Shown here piece after piece: positions 20,289 through 31,928 of a DNA stretch of 64,000 nt (within the stretch, counting starts at the first letter, position 1; each line of letters opens with the position of its first letter). This DNA comes from an uncultured Chloroflexia bacterium. GTDB taxonomy: Bacteria; Chloroflexota; Anaerolineae; Caldilineales; Caldilineaceae. Under the pieces are notes generated by a model, which saw only the letters and a list, made by a program, of their open reading frames with translations, did not search any database and was not told where the DNA came from. The DNA lies in assembly GCA_963698255.1 (NCBI GenBank), contig CAVOQD010000024.1:581072-645071 (forward strand), written 5' to 3'. Position numbers and translations under genes: made by a program.

Positions 20289-20308
20289 CTGCTTTCGCGC
20301 GAAAGCAG
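20289..20308. terminator. perfect 20-bp palindrome just downstream of the AI-2E transporter gene
   Basis: CTGCTTTCGCGCGAAAGCAG lies 7 nt after the stop at 20315. There is no clear T-tract, so terminator function is tentative. Confidence 0.3.
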
Positions 20309-20314
20309 CCTGAA

Positions 20315-21505
20315 TCAGCCACCGCCTTCGTCGGCAACTTCCTCCTGGGGATCCGACCCGGAATCCACCTCCACAAACGGCGGCAGATCCAGCATCTTGC
20401 GCCAGGCATAGCCGCCCAGCAGTTTGATGGTCGCCACCACCGGCGCCGCCAACACTGCGCCCAGAATGCCGGCCAGCGATGCGCCCATGAGCACGGCCAC
20501 CATGATGACCAGCGGGTGCAGATCGAGCGCGTCGCCAACGACGCGTGGTACCAGCACAGTGTTTTCTACCTGTTGGATGACCAGCATGGCGACGCCGACG
20601 ATCAGCGCATGCCAGAGCGGTGACAGCCCCCAGTAGTTTTCGGGCTGAAAGATCGCCACCAGAATGGCCGCCAATGCGCTGATGATCGGACCGATGACGG
20701 GCAGGAATTCGAGCAGCCCGGCCAGCGCGCCCAGAGCCAGCGAATTGCTCACGCCCAGCACGGTCAGCACCAGCGAGACAGCGAGACCGATGGTCAGCGC
20801 CAGGATGACCTGGCCGCGCAGGTAGGCGTTCCAGATGTTGACGAAACTACCGATCAGCCGGTCGGCATCCTGGCGATAGCCGGTGTCGTGGGCCATGTTG
20901 CTGATGGCCGGGCCGATCTTGGGTGCGTCGCGCACCAGGTAGATCGAGAGTGCGAAGACCAGAACGGCCAGGCCGAACCAGGTGATGGTCGCCTGGGTGA
21001 GTTGCGTGGCCAGAGAACCGCCCATGCTGAAGGCAGGGCTGGCCAGATTGGATATCTGGCTGATCACAGTCTGAGCGTCGATCCCACCGATCGCGGTACC
21101 TGGGTCGAATTGGAGCGGGCCAATAACGATCACCCTGCCCAATGCCTGTTCGGCCAGCAATTGGCCGTTGATCAGCGCACGGTCAAACAGGTCGGGCAGC
21201 TTGGTGTAAAGCTCGATCACCTGATCGACGGCAACGACGCCCAGCGCAATGCTTCCGGCTACAAACACGAGGATGATCACCAGATAGACCAGCAAGATCG
21301 AGCGTCCCCGGCTGAGCCCTGTGCGCCGCTGCAAAAAATTGATCACGGGGTTGAGCAGATAGGCCAGAATCATGGCCGTGACAATCGGCGCGATCAGCGT
21401 GCGGAATTTCCAGACCGCCAACGCCGTCAGGATCAGCGCGGCCGACGCCACAATCGCTTTGGTCGTTCGATTCCACGGCGGTGAGTTGTAGTCGGATAGT
21501 GGCAT
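20315..21505 (-). CDS. AI-2E family transporter (PerM/UPF0118)
   Basis: Uninterrupted 396-aa ORF, polytopic, with the characteristic C-terminal part LEFLPVIGPIISALAAILVA...HPLVIMVAVLMGASLAGILGAVLAAP. Confidence 0.8.
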   Translation of the reverse strand: MPLSDYNSPPWNRTTKAIVASAALILTALAVWKFRTLIAPIVTAMILAYLLNPVINFLQRRTGLSRGRSILLVYLVIILVFVAGSIALGVVAVDQVIELYTKLPDLFDRALINGQLLAEQALGRVIVIGPLQFDPGTAIGGIDAQTVISQISNLASPAFSMGGSLATQLTQATITWFGLAVLVFALSIYLVRDAPKIGPAISNMAHDTGYRQDADRLIGSFVNIWNAYLRGQVILALTIGLAVSLVLTVLGVSNSLALGALAGLLEFLPVIGPIISALAAILVAIFQPENYWGLSPLWHALIVGVAMLVIQQVENTVLVPRVVGDALDLHPLVIMVAVLMGASLAGILGAVLAAPVVATIKLLGGYAWRKMLDLPPFVEVDSGSDPQEEVADEGGG

Positions 21506-21545
21506 GGTTGGGTGCTCGGTGTGGTCGGGAGGAGAGAGCGGGGCC

Positions 21546-21633
21546 GTTGGGAAGTGGGGTAGCGGGGGAATTCGAGCGATCTCTTGACGTTCCCCACCAC
21601 CCCACTTCCCAACAGCCCCACTTCCCTACAACC

Positions 21634-21637
<4 letters not shown>
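21546..21637. repeat. inverted-repeat hairpin element, 'GGGAAGTGGGG' family (copy 2)
   Basis: Left arm GTTGGGAAGTGGGGTAGCGGGGGA (21546-21569), right arm TCCCCACCACCCCACTTCCCAACAGCCCCACTTCCCTACAACCCTAC (21591-21637). Confidence 0.8.
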
Positions 21638-24090
<2,453 letters not shown>

Positions 24091-24095
24091 TTTAC

Positions 24096-25176
24096 CTACT
24101 CTTCCCCCCGCATCAGACGCAAATAGCTCTCATAGCGCTCGCCATCGATCTCACCGGCTTCGACTGCCGAGCGGACTGCACAGCCCGGCTCATGATCATG
24201 GGTGCAGTTGGGGAACTTGCATTGGTGGAGAAACGGCTCCATCTCGATGAAATAGAAGCCCATGTCGGCCGGATCGATGTCATAGAGACCCAGTTCACGG
24301 ATGCCGGGCGTGTCGGCCACGAAGGTCTCGTCGCCGAAGGGCAGGGCAATCAGATGGGCGGTGCGGGTCGTGTGTTTGCCCTTGTTCAAGAAGTCGCGCA
24401 GATCGCCGGTCTCCAGATGCAGATCGGGATGGATGGTGTTGAGCAGGCTGCTTTTGCCGACGCCGCTGGGGCCGGTGACGACCGTGATACGGTCGGTCAG
24501 CAATTCCTCCAGTTCGTCGATGCCAAGACCTGTCTCCGCGCTGGCGTAGATGACGCGATAGCCGATCTGTTCGTAGGTGGCGAACAATGCCTTGGCCTGC
24601 TCGATCTCGGCAAGATCGATCTTGTTGACGCAGATGATCGCTGGAATCTCTGCGAACTCGGCAATGACCAGAAAGCGGTCGAGCATGCGCAGATGGGGCT
24701 CGGGATGGACGATGGAAAAGACGATGAGCGCCTGGTCCGGGTTGGCCAGGATCACGTCTTCGGCCAGTTGGCTGGCGCCGGGCTGCTGCCGGCTGAGCAC
24801 GCTCTTGCGTTCTTCGATGCGCTCGATCTTGCCGCCTGTTTTCGCCGTCCGGCACCAACCAGACCCGGTCACCGACCGCGACCAGCGTGTCCACCGATTT
24901 TTCCTGAAGAAGGCGACGCCGGATCTCGCATAGGCGAACGTGGCCAGGCGCCTCCGGATCGCTTTTGGCATCGGTCTGCACATCGTAGTGATGGCCTAGG
25001 GCACGGATCACGATGCCATGGATCAAGTTCGACGACGCCTTCTTCGGTTTGGATTTGCGTCGCTTCTTGGCAATTAATTCTGTCTGCTCGTAGGCGGCGT
25101 CTTCGAAGGCCTCGTCGTAGTCTTCGTAGGCGAGTGTATCTTCTGGATCGAGGTCAGGCGTTCGGTTGGTTGGCAA
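24096..25176 (-). pseudogene. rsgA: ribosome small-subunit-dependent GTPase A (RsgA/YjeQ); 1 frame break (about 24840)
   Basis: The N-terminal OB part is in ORF 24295..25176 (TTG start, GAGGAG 8 nt upstream). The GTPase and zinc-finger part is in ORF 24096..24983: [41 protein letters not shown]. Confidence 0.85.
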
Positions 25177-25242
25177 GCAGTTACTCCTCTGAGATCTTCC
25201 GCGTCAAGTCGATGCTGGGATCGAGCCGTTGTTTGTCGTTCG

Positions 25243-25272
25243 AGTGTATCAAGACGAACAAATGTTTGTCAA
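25243..25272 (-). promoter_or_regulatory. candidate promoter for rsgA
   Basis: On the minus strand: TTGACA (25272-25267), 18 nt spacer, TACACT (25248-25243), about 65 nt upstream of the rsgA start. Motif match only. Confidence 0.3.
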
Positions 25273-25392
25273 TACGTGAGCCAACACGGGTGCATCACAA
25301 ACTGTGAGCGGGGGATCCCCATGCCGGGGACGGTCCGGTCCAATTCGGTCATACGAAGCGCTCGTGTACCGTCTCCAGCACGTTTTGCTCCG

Positions 25393-25539
25393 AATTTGAA
25401 GTGGGTGTGCTCAAAATGAGTTGGGCACGCCGGGGCAGCCGCAGCCTGAGCCTGTCGAAGGCGTAGGCGGGTCGATCCGGCTTCGACAAGCTCAGCCCGC
25501 GCTGTCCTCTCAACTGGTTATGAACACACCCATTTCAAA
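25393..25539. repeat. nested palindromic element (outer 30-nt arms enclosing a 'GAGCCTGTCGAAGG' family hairpin)
   Basis: The outer arms ATTTGAAGTGGGTGTGCTCAAAATGAGTTG (25393-25422) and CAACTGGTTATGAACACACCCATTTCAAAT (25510-25539) are imperfect complements. The inner arms are CTGAGCCTGTCGAAGG (about 25445-25460) and GCTTCGACAAGCTCAG (about 25479-25494). Confidence 0.7.
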
Positions 25540-25591
25540 TGGGTCCAACCAAGACGGCATCTGCGATATTGGTTTGTTGGTTTCACAACCC

Positions 25592-25630
25592 TTGAAACCA
25601 TTCAGTAAAGCTGATATACTGAAGTTCAGT
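25592..25630 (+). promoter_or_regulatory. candidate vapBC promoter with overlapping palindromic operator
   Basis: TTGAAA (25592-25597), 17 nt spacer, TATACT (25615-25620). The perfect palindrome ACTGAA-G-TTCAGT (25618-25630) overlaps the -10/start region, as expected for antitoxin autorepression. Confidence 0.4.
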
Positions 25631-25668
25631 CATCGGTATTTCTGAATATTGGACAGGAGTCAATCGAC

Positions 25669-25932
25669 ATGACAGGATCGATTTCGCTACAGCTTGCCCA
25701 ACGCGGTGTCCTCACGTTGCCCAAGGCGTTGCGTGATCAATACAACTTGCAGCCCGGCGATCATCTCACCTTGATTGATATGGATGGTATCTTTTTGCTC
25801 TCGCCACGCCATTCGCAGGTTGACTACTTGGCCGATCAAATTAGCGGTGCTCTGCTCGAACAAGGTGATTCCTTAGAGGCTATGCTGGCGGTTCTGCGCG
25901 AGGAGCGGGAACGCTATGATTCGGAAGCCTGA
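25669..25932 (+). CDS. vapB: AbrB/MazE/SpoVT-type antitoxin (VapB-like)
   Basis: 87 aa. The N-terminal swapped-hairpin pattern LQLAQRGVLTLPKALRDQYNLQPGDHLTLIDMDG is present, and the gene overlaps the downstream PIN gene by 17 nt. Confidence 0.7.
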   Translation: MTGSISLQLAQRGVLTLPKALRDQYNLQPGDHLTLIDMDGIFLLSPRHSQVDYLADQISGALLEQGDSLEAMLAVLREERERYDSEA

Positions 25933-26365
25933 TCTCTTTCTTGACACCAGCGCCCTTTTTGCCGGAGTTTGGTCTGCCGAGGGCGGCGGTCAACATCTGC
26001 TGAAATTGGGCGAGGTCGATGCCGTCCAACTGGTGGTGAGCAGTCAGGTTCTGGTTGAGATGGAGCGAGCGCTGCGCAAGAAAGCGCCTCATCAGTTGGC
26101 GAATTTGGCTGTGCTACTTGAGTGCAGCGGTGTCAAGGTTGTGGAACGCCCTACGCAATCCATGGTCGAGACGTGCCTGCATTTGACCGGATACGAAAAT
26201 GACGCCGTTGTCATCGCTGCGGCCTGGTCGGCGGAATCTGACTATTTCGTGACGTTGGATCAGCGTCATTTTCTGGGCAATGGGCCATTGGCTTCAGCAT
26301 TGCCGTTCCCGCTTGGGACGCCGGGAGACTGCCTTGCCTGGCTGCGCCGGCGGTGGACTCGCTAG
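25916..26365 (+). CDS. vapC: PIN-domain toxin (VapC-like ribonuclease)
   Basis: 149 aa. It has an N-terminal acidic motif LFLDTSAL, DAVVIAAA and FVTLDQRHF, which fits the typical PIN acidic-residue layout. Confidence 0.7.
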   Translation: MIRKPDLFLDTSALFAGVWSAEGGGQHLLKLGEVDAVQLVVSSQVLVEMERALRKKAPHQLANLAVLLECSGVKVVERPTQSMVETCLHLTGYENDAVVIAAAWSAESDYFVTLDQRHFLGNGPLASALPFPLGTPGDCLAWLRRRWTR

Positions 26366-26463
26366 TACAATCTGGCGTGAATCGTCAGATAGCGTGACCT
26401 ACGTTTCTCTATCGATATTGACGCCGTCGTGTACTCAGCCACCACGGCGGAGAGGACAGCGAT

Positions 26464-26575
26464 AGACCGCGGATCCGGCTGATAAATGCCGATACTGTCG
26501 AAAAATCAGATTGTCTTCGCCTAACCCGCTGAATTCGCGGTCCATCTCGTAGTCACTCCGACAAGTTTGTCGGCG
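26464..26575. repeat. intergenic repeat, 'CCGCGGAT ... GTCACTCCGACA' family (copy 2)
   Basis: Contains GACCGCGGATCC, GATAAATG, ATTCGCGGTCC and GTCACTCCGACAAGTTTGTCGG. It lies between convergent vapC and maf. Confidence 0.6.
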
Positions 26576-26615
26576 ACAAGGTCGCGAACAATCAATGGTT
26601 GGCGGGGACTGACTA

Positions 26616-27272
26616 TCAACGGCGGCAACAGACGAAGGCGGTGTGCTCTTCGCAGATGCCGGCCACCGGTGTTTCGATGGTGATCCCGAACGCGGCCAGC
26701 AGGTCGCTTAGATCGCCCAGCGGCAAGCCCATAACGCCGGTGAAACAGCCGTCGAGTTTTGCAACCGGGGCAAATCCCGGATGCTGAATGGCGTAGGCGC
26801 CGGCCTTGTCCATCGGGTCGCCGCTTGCGATGTAAGCCTCGATCTCCTCGTCGCTGTAGGCCCGCATGATCACAGTGGATGTGTTCAGCCGGGTTTCCTG
26901 TCGCCCGTCGTCGGTGGATCGCACGCAGATGGCGCTGTAGACCTGATGCGGCTCGGTCCGCAGCAGGCGCAGCATTCGCCCTGCATCGGCCTCATCGACC
27001 GGTTTGCCGAGCACCTGATCGCCGATTGCGACCACGGTGTCGGCTGCGATGATCAGACGAGACTCTTCGGTCGTAAGTCCATCGCAGATGAAAGCATCTG
27101 CAACAGCCTGTGCCTTGCCCTCTGCCAGGCGCAGCACGAGTGCGGTTGGCGACTCGTTTTCCTGGGGCGTTTCGTCAATATCCGCGACACGGATCTCAAA
27201 ATCCAGCCCCATCTGATGGAGAAATGCGCTGCGTCTTGGGCTGGCTGATCCAAGTATAATGGTTGGTTGCAT
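26616..27272 (-). CDS. maf: Maf-like nucleoside triphosphate pyrophosphatase
   Basis: ORF 26616..27338(-). Start placed at MQPTIILGSASPRRSAFLHQMGLDFEI (ATG 27272). Typical blocks GSASPRR, ADTVV, GKP and DKAGAYAIQ are present. Confidence 0.8.
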   Translation of the reverse strand: MQPTIILGSASPRRSAFLHQMGLDFEIRVADIDETPQENESPTALVLRLAEGKAQAVADAFICDGLTTEESRLIIAADTVVAIGDQVLGKPVDEADAGRMLRLLRTEPHQVYSAICVRSTDDGRQETRLNTSTVIMRAYSDEEIEAYIASGDPMDKAGAYAIQHPGFAPVAKLDGCFTGVMGLPLGDLSDLLAAFGITIETPVAGICEEHTAFVCCRR

Positions 27273-27738
27273 GGCTGGCAGTTCCTTTATCATCATTACC
27301 GGTCGTAAGACCCGAGCGTCAAGAGGCATCGCGGCCAAACGTGGATTTCAGTATGTTAGCGGTGCGCACGAGGATCCCGAAAATCTGGTTGTGTACGAAT
27401 GACTCTGCTGCAAGAAATTGAACCCCTCAAACGTCCCCGGCACAGGCCAGATCTTCTTTGGTCAGCGCAGACTTTTGCGGCCTGTGCCGTTACATTGAGT
27501 AGTCCAATACACTGAGTTGCGCCGTTTCTGGACGAAGTGGCGGCGGGCGCCGTACTCTGGTGCAGCAAGCGTTTCCAGAGGGCCGTACCACACTCCGTGT
27601 AAGTGCTGGGGACGTAAAATTTAGGAATGGCATCTGAATTTTTCCCGCGTCTGGACAAATTCCGGTCGCTGTGGCACGATTCTGTTTACGGCGAACTGCC
27701 GTCTTTCTCTTTTCCAATTTGAACCAGATAAGGATGGT

Positions 27739-28771
27739 ATGATGGGCAAGGGCGCGCAAGTGACAAACGATCCGGTTCGGCTGATGATGGTCGGTTGCGG
27801 AGGGATGGCGCGGCACCATGTGCGCCGCATTCTTCAGCAGCAAGAGACGACCGAAATCCGATTGGTTTGTGAGCCTTCAGCAACCAGCTATGAACTGCTC
27901 TGCGAGTTGTTCGATGAGCAGGGCCTTGAGCCGCCGGTCAATGAGCCGGACCTGGCCAAGGCGCTCGCTGATTATGGCGATCAACTCGATGCCGCGTTTA
28001 TCATCACGCCCCACGCCCTCCACTGCGCTCAGGCTGAAGCCTGTCTGGAAGCCGGCCTCGACGTGCTGTTGGAGAAGCCGATGGTACTTGAACATGGCCG
28101 AGGCCGAGCGGCTGATCGAGACGCGGGATCGTACGGGCCGTCTGCTGGTGGTTGCCTTCAACGGCAGCCTTTCCCCGCAGATCCGGACGGCTGTCGACAT
28201 CCTGCGCTCGGGCGAACTGGGCGAGATGCTCAACATTCACGCCGTCGTCTGGCAGAACTGGCGCCTCCTGACGACCGGCACCTGGCGCCAGATACCTGAG
28301 ATCGCCGGCGGCGGCTTCATGTTTGACACTGGCGCGCATCTGCTCAACACGGTGGCCGATCTGGCCGGCGAGGACTTCGTCCAGGTCGGCGCCTGGCTCG
28401 ACAATCGCGGCGCGCCGGTCGACATCGTCGGCACGGTCATCGCTCGTCTGGCGTCGGGCGTTCAGGTTACGCTGACCGGCTGCGGCGACACCATCAAATC
28501 CTGCGATTCGGACGTGCGTGTCTTCTGCACCGAGGGCATTCTGCGCACCGGCGTTTGGGGCGAGCGGCTGGAGGTCCAGCGGGCCGGCGAGGAGGCGCTT
28601 GCGCCGGTCGAGGTTCCCGAGTCCAGCGGCGCCTGGGAACAGTTTGTGCGTGTACGCAACGGAGAGATCGCCAACCCGTCGCCGCCAGAGGTTGGGCTGC
28701 GCATGGCCAAGCTCTGGGATGCCGTGCGCGAGTCGGCTGCGCTGGGCGGGCAGATGGTGGATGTGGGGTGA
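27739..28771 (+). pseudogene. Gfo/Idh/MocA-family oxidoreductase; 1 frame break (about 28090)
   Basis: The N-terminus [15 protein letters not shown]...LLEKPMVL is in ORF 27739..28299. The rest, [25 protein letters not shown]...[14 protein letters not shown]..., is in ORF 27818..28771. Confidence 0.75.
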
Positions 28772-28846
28772 GGAGGTGACAGGGGTGAATGCCAGCGAAC
28801 GATCACTCTCATCTTGTCACCTGTTAATGCCCTGTCACCGTCCCCT
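28765..28846. repeat. inverted-repeat hairpin element, 'GTGACA' family (copy 3)
   Basis: Left arm GGGGTGAGGAGGTGACAGGGGTGA (28765-28788), right arm TCATCTTGTCACCTGTTAATGCCCTGTCACCGTCCCC (28809-28846). Confidence 0.75.
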
Positions 28847-28878
28847 CGCCACTATTTTCAATTCTGACGACGCGGCAA

Positions 28879-28907
28879 TTGACAACCCAATGGAAGCCCG
28901 CTATACT
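28879..28907 (+). promoter_or_regulatory. near-consensus sigma-70-type promoter of the ilv-leu leader
   Basis: TTGACA (28879-28884), exactly 17 nt spacer, TATACT (28902-28907), about 85 nt upstream of the leader-peptide ATG, in a locally AT-rich stretch. Confidence 0.55.
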
Positions 28908-28991
28908 GCTCCAGAAATTGTACGGTGGCCCACAAAGTTGTTGGTTTAGAAGCTTGATGTGGCCCTCAATAGCGAATGTTTGAAGGAAAAT

Positions 28992-29099
28992 ATGAACTTG
29001 GTTCCTAGCCTTCTCGTAATCAGCCTAGTAGTTGTAGAGCTTGTGGTTGTAGTACTTATTAGCAACCGGAAGCCGATGGCTGTTGGAAGCGCTAGGTAG
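28992..29099 (+). CDS. branched-chain amino acid leader peptide (IlvL-like, 35 aa)
   Basis: Below the ORF-track size cutoff. AAGGAAAA SD, then ATG 28992, reading MNLVPSLLVISLVVVELVVVVLISNRKPMAVGSAR with TAG at 29097-29099. Of residues 3-23, 17 of 21 are Leu/Val/Ile. It sits directly upstream of the attenuator terminator and ilvB. Confidence 0.7.
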   Translation: MNLVPSLLVISLVVVELVVVVLISNRKPMAVGSAR

Positions 29100-29132
29100 C
29101 ACAGGTACTCGCTACAAGCACAAGGTCGATCC

Positions 29133-29164
29133 AGACCCTTCCCAGCCGGGAAGGGTCTTTTTTG
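29133..29164 (+). terminator. intrinsic terminator of the ilv-leu attenuator
   Basis: GACCCTTCCC (29134-29143), loop AGCC, GGGAAGGGTC (29148-29157), then TTTTTT (29158-29163). It lies 134 nt upstream of the ilvB ATG. Confidence 0.75.
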
Positions 29165-29297
29165 TACGGTTTTTCGACATATGCTGCCATCTTCAATACT
29201 GATTGATGCTGATGGCATCAAAGCTGTACCATTCGGAATCGTAGTCAATCGTAGTCGAATTTCTAACGTAGGTTCGGTCACTGAAGGAGAATAACTT

Positions 29298-31099
29298 ATG
29301 ACTGAGTCCAATCGCGACGGGCAGACGCCCAATCAGGCTGATACTCCGGAGGAAACTCCGCAGCCGATGACCGGTGCGCAGATGATCTGGGAAGCCTTTA
29401 CGCGTGAAGGGGTGAGTGTGGTCTTTGGGCATCCTGGCGGCGCGATTTTGCCCGCATACGATGCCCTGGCTAAGTATGAAGAAGAGGGCAAGATCCACCA
29501 CGTCCTGGTTCGCCACGAGCAGTGCGCCGGCCACATGGCCGACGGCTACGCTCGTGTTACCGGTGAAGTCGGCGCCTGTGTGGTCACCAGCGGACCGGCA
29601 GCCACCAATTTGATCACCGGCCTGGCGACTGCGCAGATGGACAGCGTGCCCATCGTCGCGATCACCGGCCAGGTGCCGACATCCCTGCTGGGCACCGACG
29701 CCTTTCAGGAGTCTGATGTCGTCGGCGTCTCCCAGCCCGTCTGCAAGCACAACTATTTGGTCACCGATGTCAACGAGCTGCCCATGATCCTCAAGGAGGC
29801 CTTCTACATTGCACGTGAAGGTCGGCCGGGACCGGTGCTGATCGACATCTGTAAGGATGTGCAGAACGCAACGGGCATGTTCCGCTACGACATGGAAGTC
29901 GATCTGCCCGGCTTCGAGCCGTGGCCTGAGGTCAGTGGATCGAAGGTCGCTGAAGCGGCCGCTCTGCTGAATGCCGCCGAACGACCGCTGATTTTGGCCG
30001 GCCACGGCATCAAGATCGCCGGCGTCAGTGCCGAATTGTTGGAACTGATCGAAAAGGCCGAGATCCCCGTCGTGACCACGCTATTGGGCACGGGCGACAT
30101 TCCTGAAGACCATCGGCTGAGTCTGGGCATGGGCGGCATGCACGGTGAGGCCTACGCCAACAAGGCGATCCAGAAATGTGACCTGCTGATTGCCATGGGC
30201 ATGCGCTTTGACGACCGCATCACCGGTGTTCTGGACCGTTTTGCCAAGCAGGCCAAGATTGTCCATTTCGAGCTGGATCGTGCCGAGGTCGGCAAGAATG
30301 TGACGCCGGATGTGGCCGTTGTCGGCGATCTGGCCGATTCTCTGCCGGCCCTGTTGCCGCTGGTTGAAGAGCGTCAGCACCCGGAGTGGGTCGCGTCGGT
30401 GGCCGAGTGGCGAGAAGATTCTGATCAGACAGACATCATCAACCAGGAAGTCGATGAACTGATCCCGCCCTACGTCATCCGCCAGCTTTGGCATGCCACC
30501 AAGGACGCCAAGGACGGAGCCATCATCGTCACCGATGTGGGCCAGCATCAGATGTGGGAGTCCCAGTACTACATCCACAGCCAAGCCGGTCAGTTGCTGA
30601 CCAGCGGCGGCCTGGGCACCATGGGCTATGCGCTGCCCGCGGCCATCGGCGCTCAGATGGCTCACCGGATCGAATGGTCTGGGCCGTGGCCGGCGACGGC
30701 GGCTTCCAGATGACCTTGCAGGAACTGGCCGTGCTCCAACAGGAGAAGTTGCCCGTCAAGATCGCCATCATCAACAATGGCTTCCTGGGCATGGTTCGCC
30801 AGTGGCAGGAGCTCTTCTTCGACAAGCGCTACACCGGCACGCCGATTCTCTCGCCCGACTTTGTCAAGCTGGCTGACGCCTACGGCATTCCGGGCTTGCT
30901 GGTGACCAAGCCGGACGAAGTCGCCGGCGCCTACGCGACAGCCATTGCAACCCCCGGACCTTTCCTGATCGAATTCCGGGTCCAGGAAGAGGTCAACGTC
31001 TTCCCCATGGTTGCGACTGGAGCCGCCGTCGACGAGATGATTCGCCGACCCAAGCCGGCTATCGTCCAGAGCTTCAGCGGCGTTGAGCCGCAGTTCTAA
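29298..31099 (+). pseudogene. ilvB: acetolactate synthase large subunit IlvB; 1 frame break (about 30665, CCC read as CC)
   Basis: ORF 29298..30713 ([33 protein letters not shown]...) and ORF 30488..31099 ([44 protein letters not shown]). The join at GCTCACCGGAT needs one extra C to read [10 protein letters not shown]. Confidence 0.9.
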
Positions 31100-31171
31100 C
31101 TTGAATGATTGGTGTAGCTCAGATCTTTAGCGGATCGAACGCTTTCATGCATGTGAAAAAGGAAAAGACCC

Positions 31172-31741
31172 ATGAAACATACACTTGTCGCCTGGATGCG
31201 TGACAAACCCGGCGTGTTGAACCGGATTGCCGGCATGCTGCGCCGGCGCAATTTCAACATCGACAGCCTGCAGGTTGGCCACAGCGAGACGCCCGGCATC
31301 AGCCGCATGACCTTTGTGGTTGACGGCAACGATCACATGGTCGATCAGGTCATCGAGCAACTGCGCAAGGTTGTGGACGTGACCCGTGTCGAAGATATCA
31401 CTGACCGACCCAGTGTCGCGCGTGAGTTGGCCCTGATCCGAGTGACCACCACGCCCGAAACCCGTTCCGAGATCGTGCAGATGGTCAACATCTATCGCGG
31501 CGAGATCGTCGACGTCGCCATGGACAGCATGGTCGTCCAGATCGTCGGCGCTGAGGATCGAGTCGGGTCGCTCATCGAGTTGCTGGACAACTTCGGCATC
31601 CGCGAGATGGTCCGCACCGGTCGGGTCGCCCTGGTGCGCGGCAGCGCCCAGCGCGTCTCTCGCCGCTCAACCGCAGTCTGGCGTGCCCGCTCCAATGGCG
31701 CAGCCGATCTCAAGGAACGCGAGAGCACCGGCGGCGTTTAG
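31172..31741 (+). CDS. ilvN: acetolactate synthase small (regulatory) subunit
   Basis: 189-aa ORF. The ACT domain [48 protein letters not shown] is present. The basic C-terminal tail may hide a late frame error. Confidence 0.85.
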   Translation: MKHTLVAWMRDKPGVLNRIAGMLRRRNFNIDSLQVGHSETPGISRMTFVVDGNDHMVDQVIEQLRKVVDVTRVEDITDRPSVARELALIRVTTTPETRSEIVQMVNIYRGEIVDVAMDSMVVQIVGAEDRVGSLIELLDNFGIREMVRTGRVALVRGSAQRVSRRSTAVWRARSNGAADLKERESTGGV

Positions 31742-31763
31742 TAGCGTGGACGTCTATACAATT

Positions 31764-31850
31764 CACCGCGGATTTACCGGATCCATCGGATGACCGCGGA
31801 TTTACAAAGAAAATCCGCGGTCATCCGTTTCATCCGCGTAATCCGCGGTA
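31764..31850. repeat. intergenic repeat, 'CCGCGGAT' family (copy 3) with perfect 16-bp core hairpin
   Basis: GGATGACCGCGGATTT (31788-31803), loop ACAAAGA, AAATCCGCGGTCATCC (31811-31826), flanked by further ACCGCGGATTT/ATCCGCGGT words. Confidence 0.8.
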
Positions 31851-31928
31851 AATATTCATCAGTCATCAATACCTATTCAGACCCGAAATCGAGTTCACAG
31901 TTCACACAAAGAGGAACCACACGAAATC

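Noticed and set aside
28946-29297. T-box or other riboswitch leader upstream of ilvB.
   Set aside because: I could not find a T-box consensus (AGGGTGGNACCGCG-like) or a specifier-loop architecture. The BCAA-rich leader ORF plus terminator explains the region better.
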